From the NCBI GenBank assembly GCA_964359735.1, contig CAYHTZ010000005.1:3882-67881 (forward strand): 64,000 nt of DNA. The letters run 5' to 3'. The stretch is from an uncultured Candidatus Saccharibacteria bacterium (GTDB lineage Bacteria; Patescibacteriota; Andersenbacteria; UBA10190). Positions 63,999 through 64,000 of the stretch are shown here, piece by piece (positions within the stretch are counted from its first letter, which is position 1; each line of letters begins with the position of its first letter). A program made the translations under genes and the position numbers. Below the pieces are notes generated by a model. That model saw only the letters and a program-made list of their open reading frames with translations, ran no database searches and had not been told where the DNA came from.

Positions 63999-64000
63999 GA

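Noticed and set aside
1-64000. CRISPR array, cas genes, prophage, integrase or intact transposase
   Set aside because: I found no regularly spaced direct repeats with spacers and no ORF with recognisable motifs of these families.

Overview
Dense, mostly housekeeping 64-kb segment of a small-genome bacterium. It is most consistent with Patescibacteria/CPR: compact AspRS, GluRS, HrcA and GrpE, a degenerate PriA, a stand-alone PEP-utiliser domain protein, an HrcA-CIRCE heat-shock operon and almost no Shine-Dalgarno sites. Genetic code 11 is used, since TGA acts as stop and RF2 is present. Content: envelope and peptidoglycan genes; rplU, rplI, rpmA; recR-dnaB-cysS; hrcA-grpE-dnaK-dnaJ; aspS, gltX, pyrG; non-oxidative pentose phosphate genes; glmS; a Chlamydia-like folate/thymidylate cluster (CADD-folP-folC divergent from tandem-domain thyX-glyA); prfB (with a programmed frameshift)-ftsE-ftsX; degP; and four tRNAs. 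I found no CRISPR array, prophage or intact transposase. The most unusual signal is at least seven families of short palindromic repeats with covarying stems. They sit in intergenic gaps, next to a tRNA, inside candidate ncRNAs and in frame within several proteins. Other signals are two promoter-driven structured RNAs upstream of aspS (one 6S-like), a dif-like site where gene orientation switches, and widespread leaderless gene starts. All calls come from reading the sequence by eye; no searches or folding programs were run.
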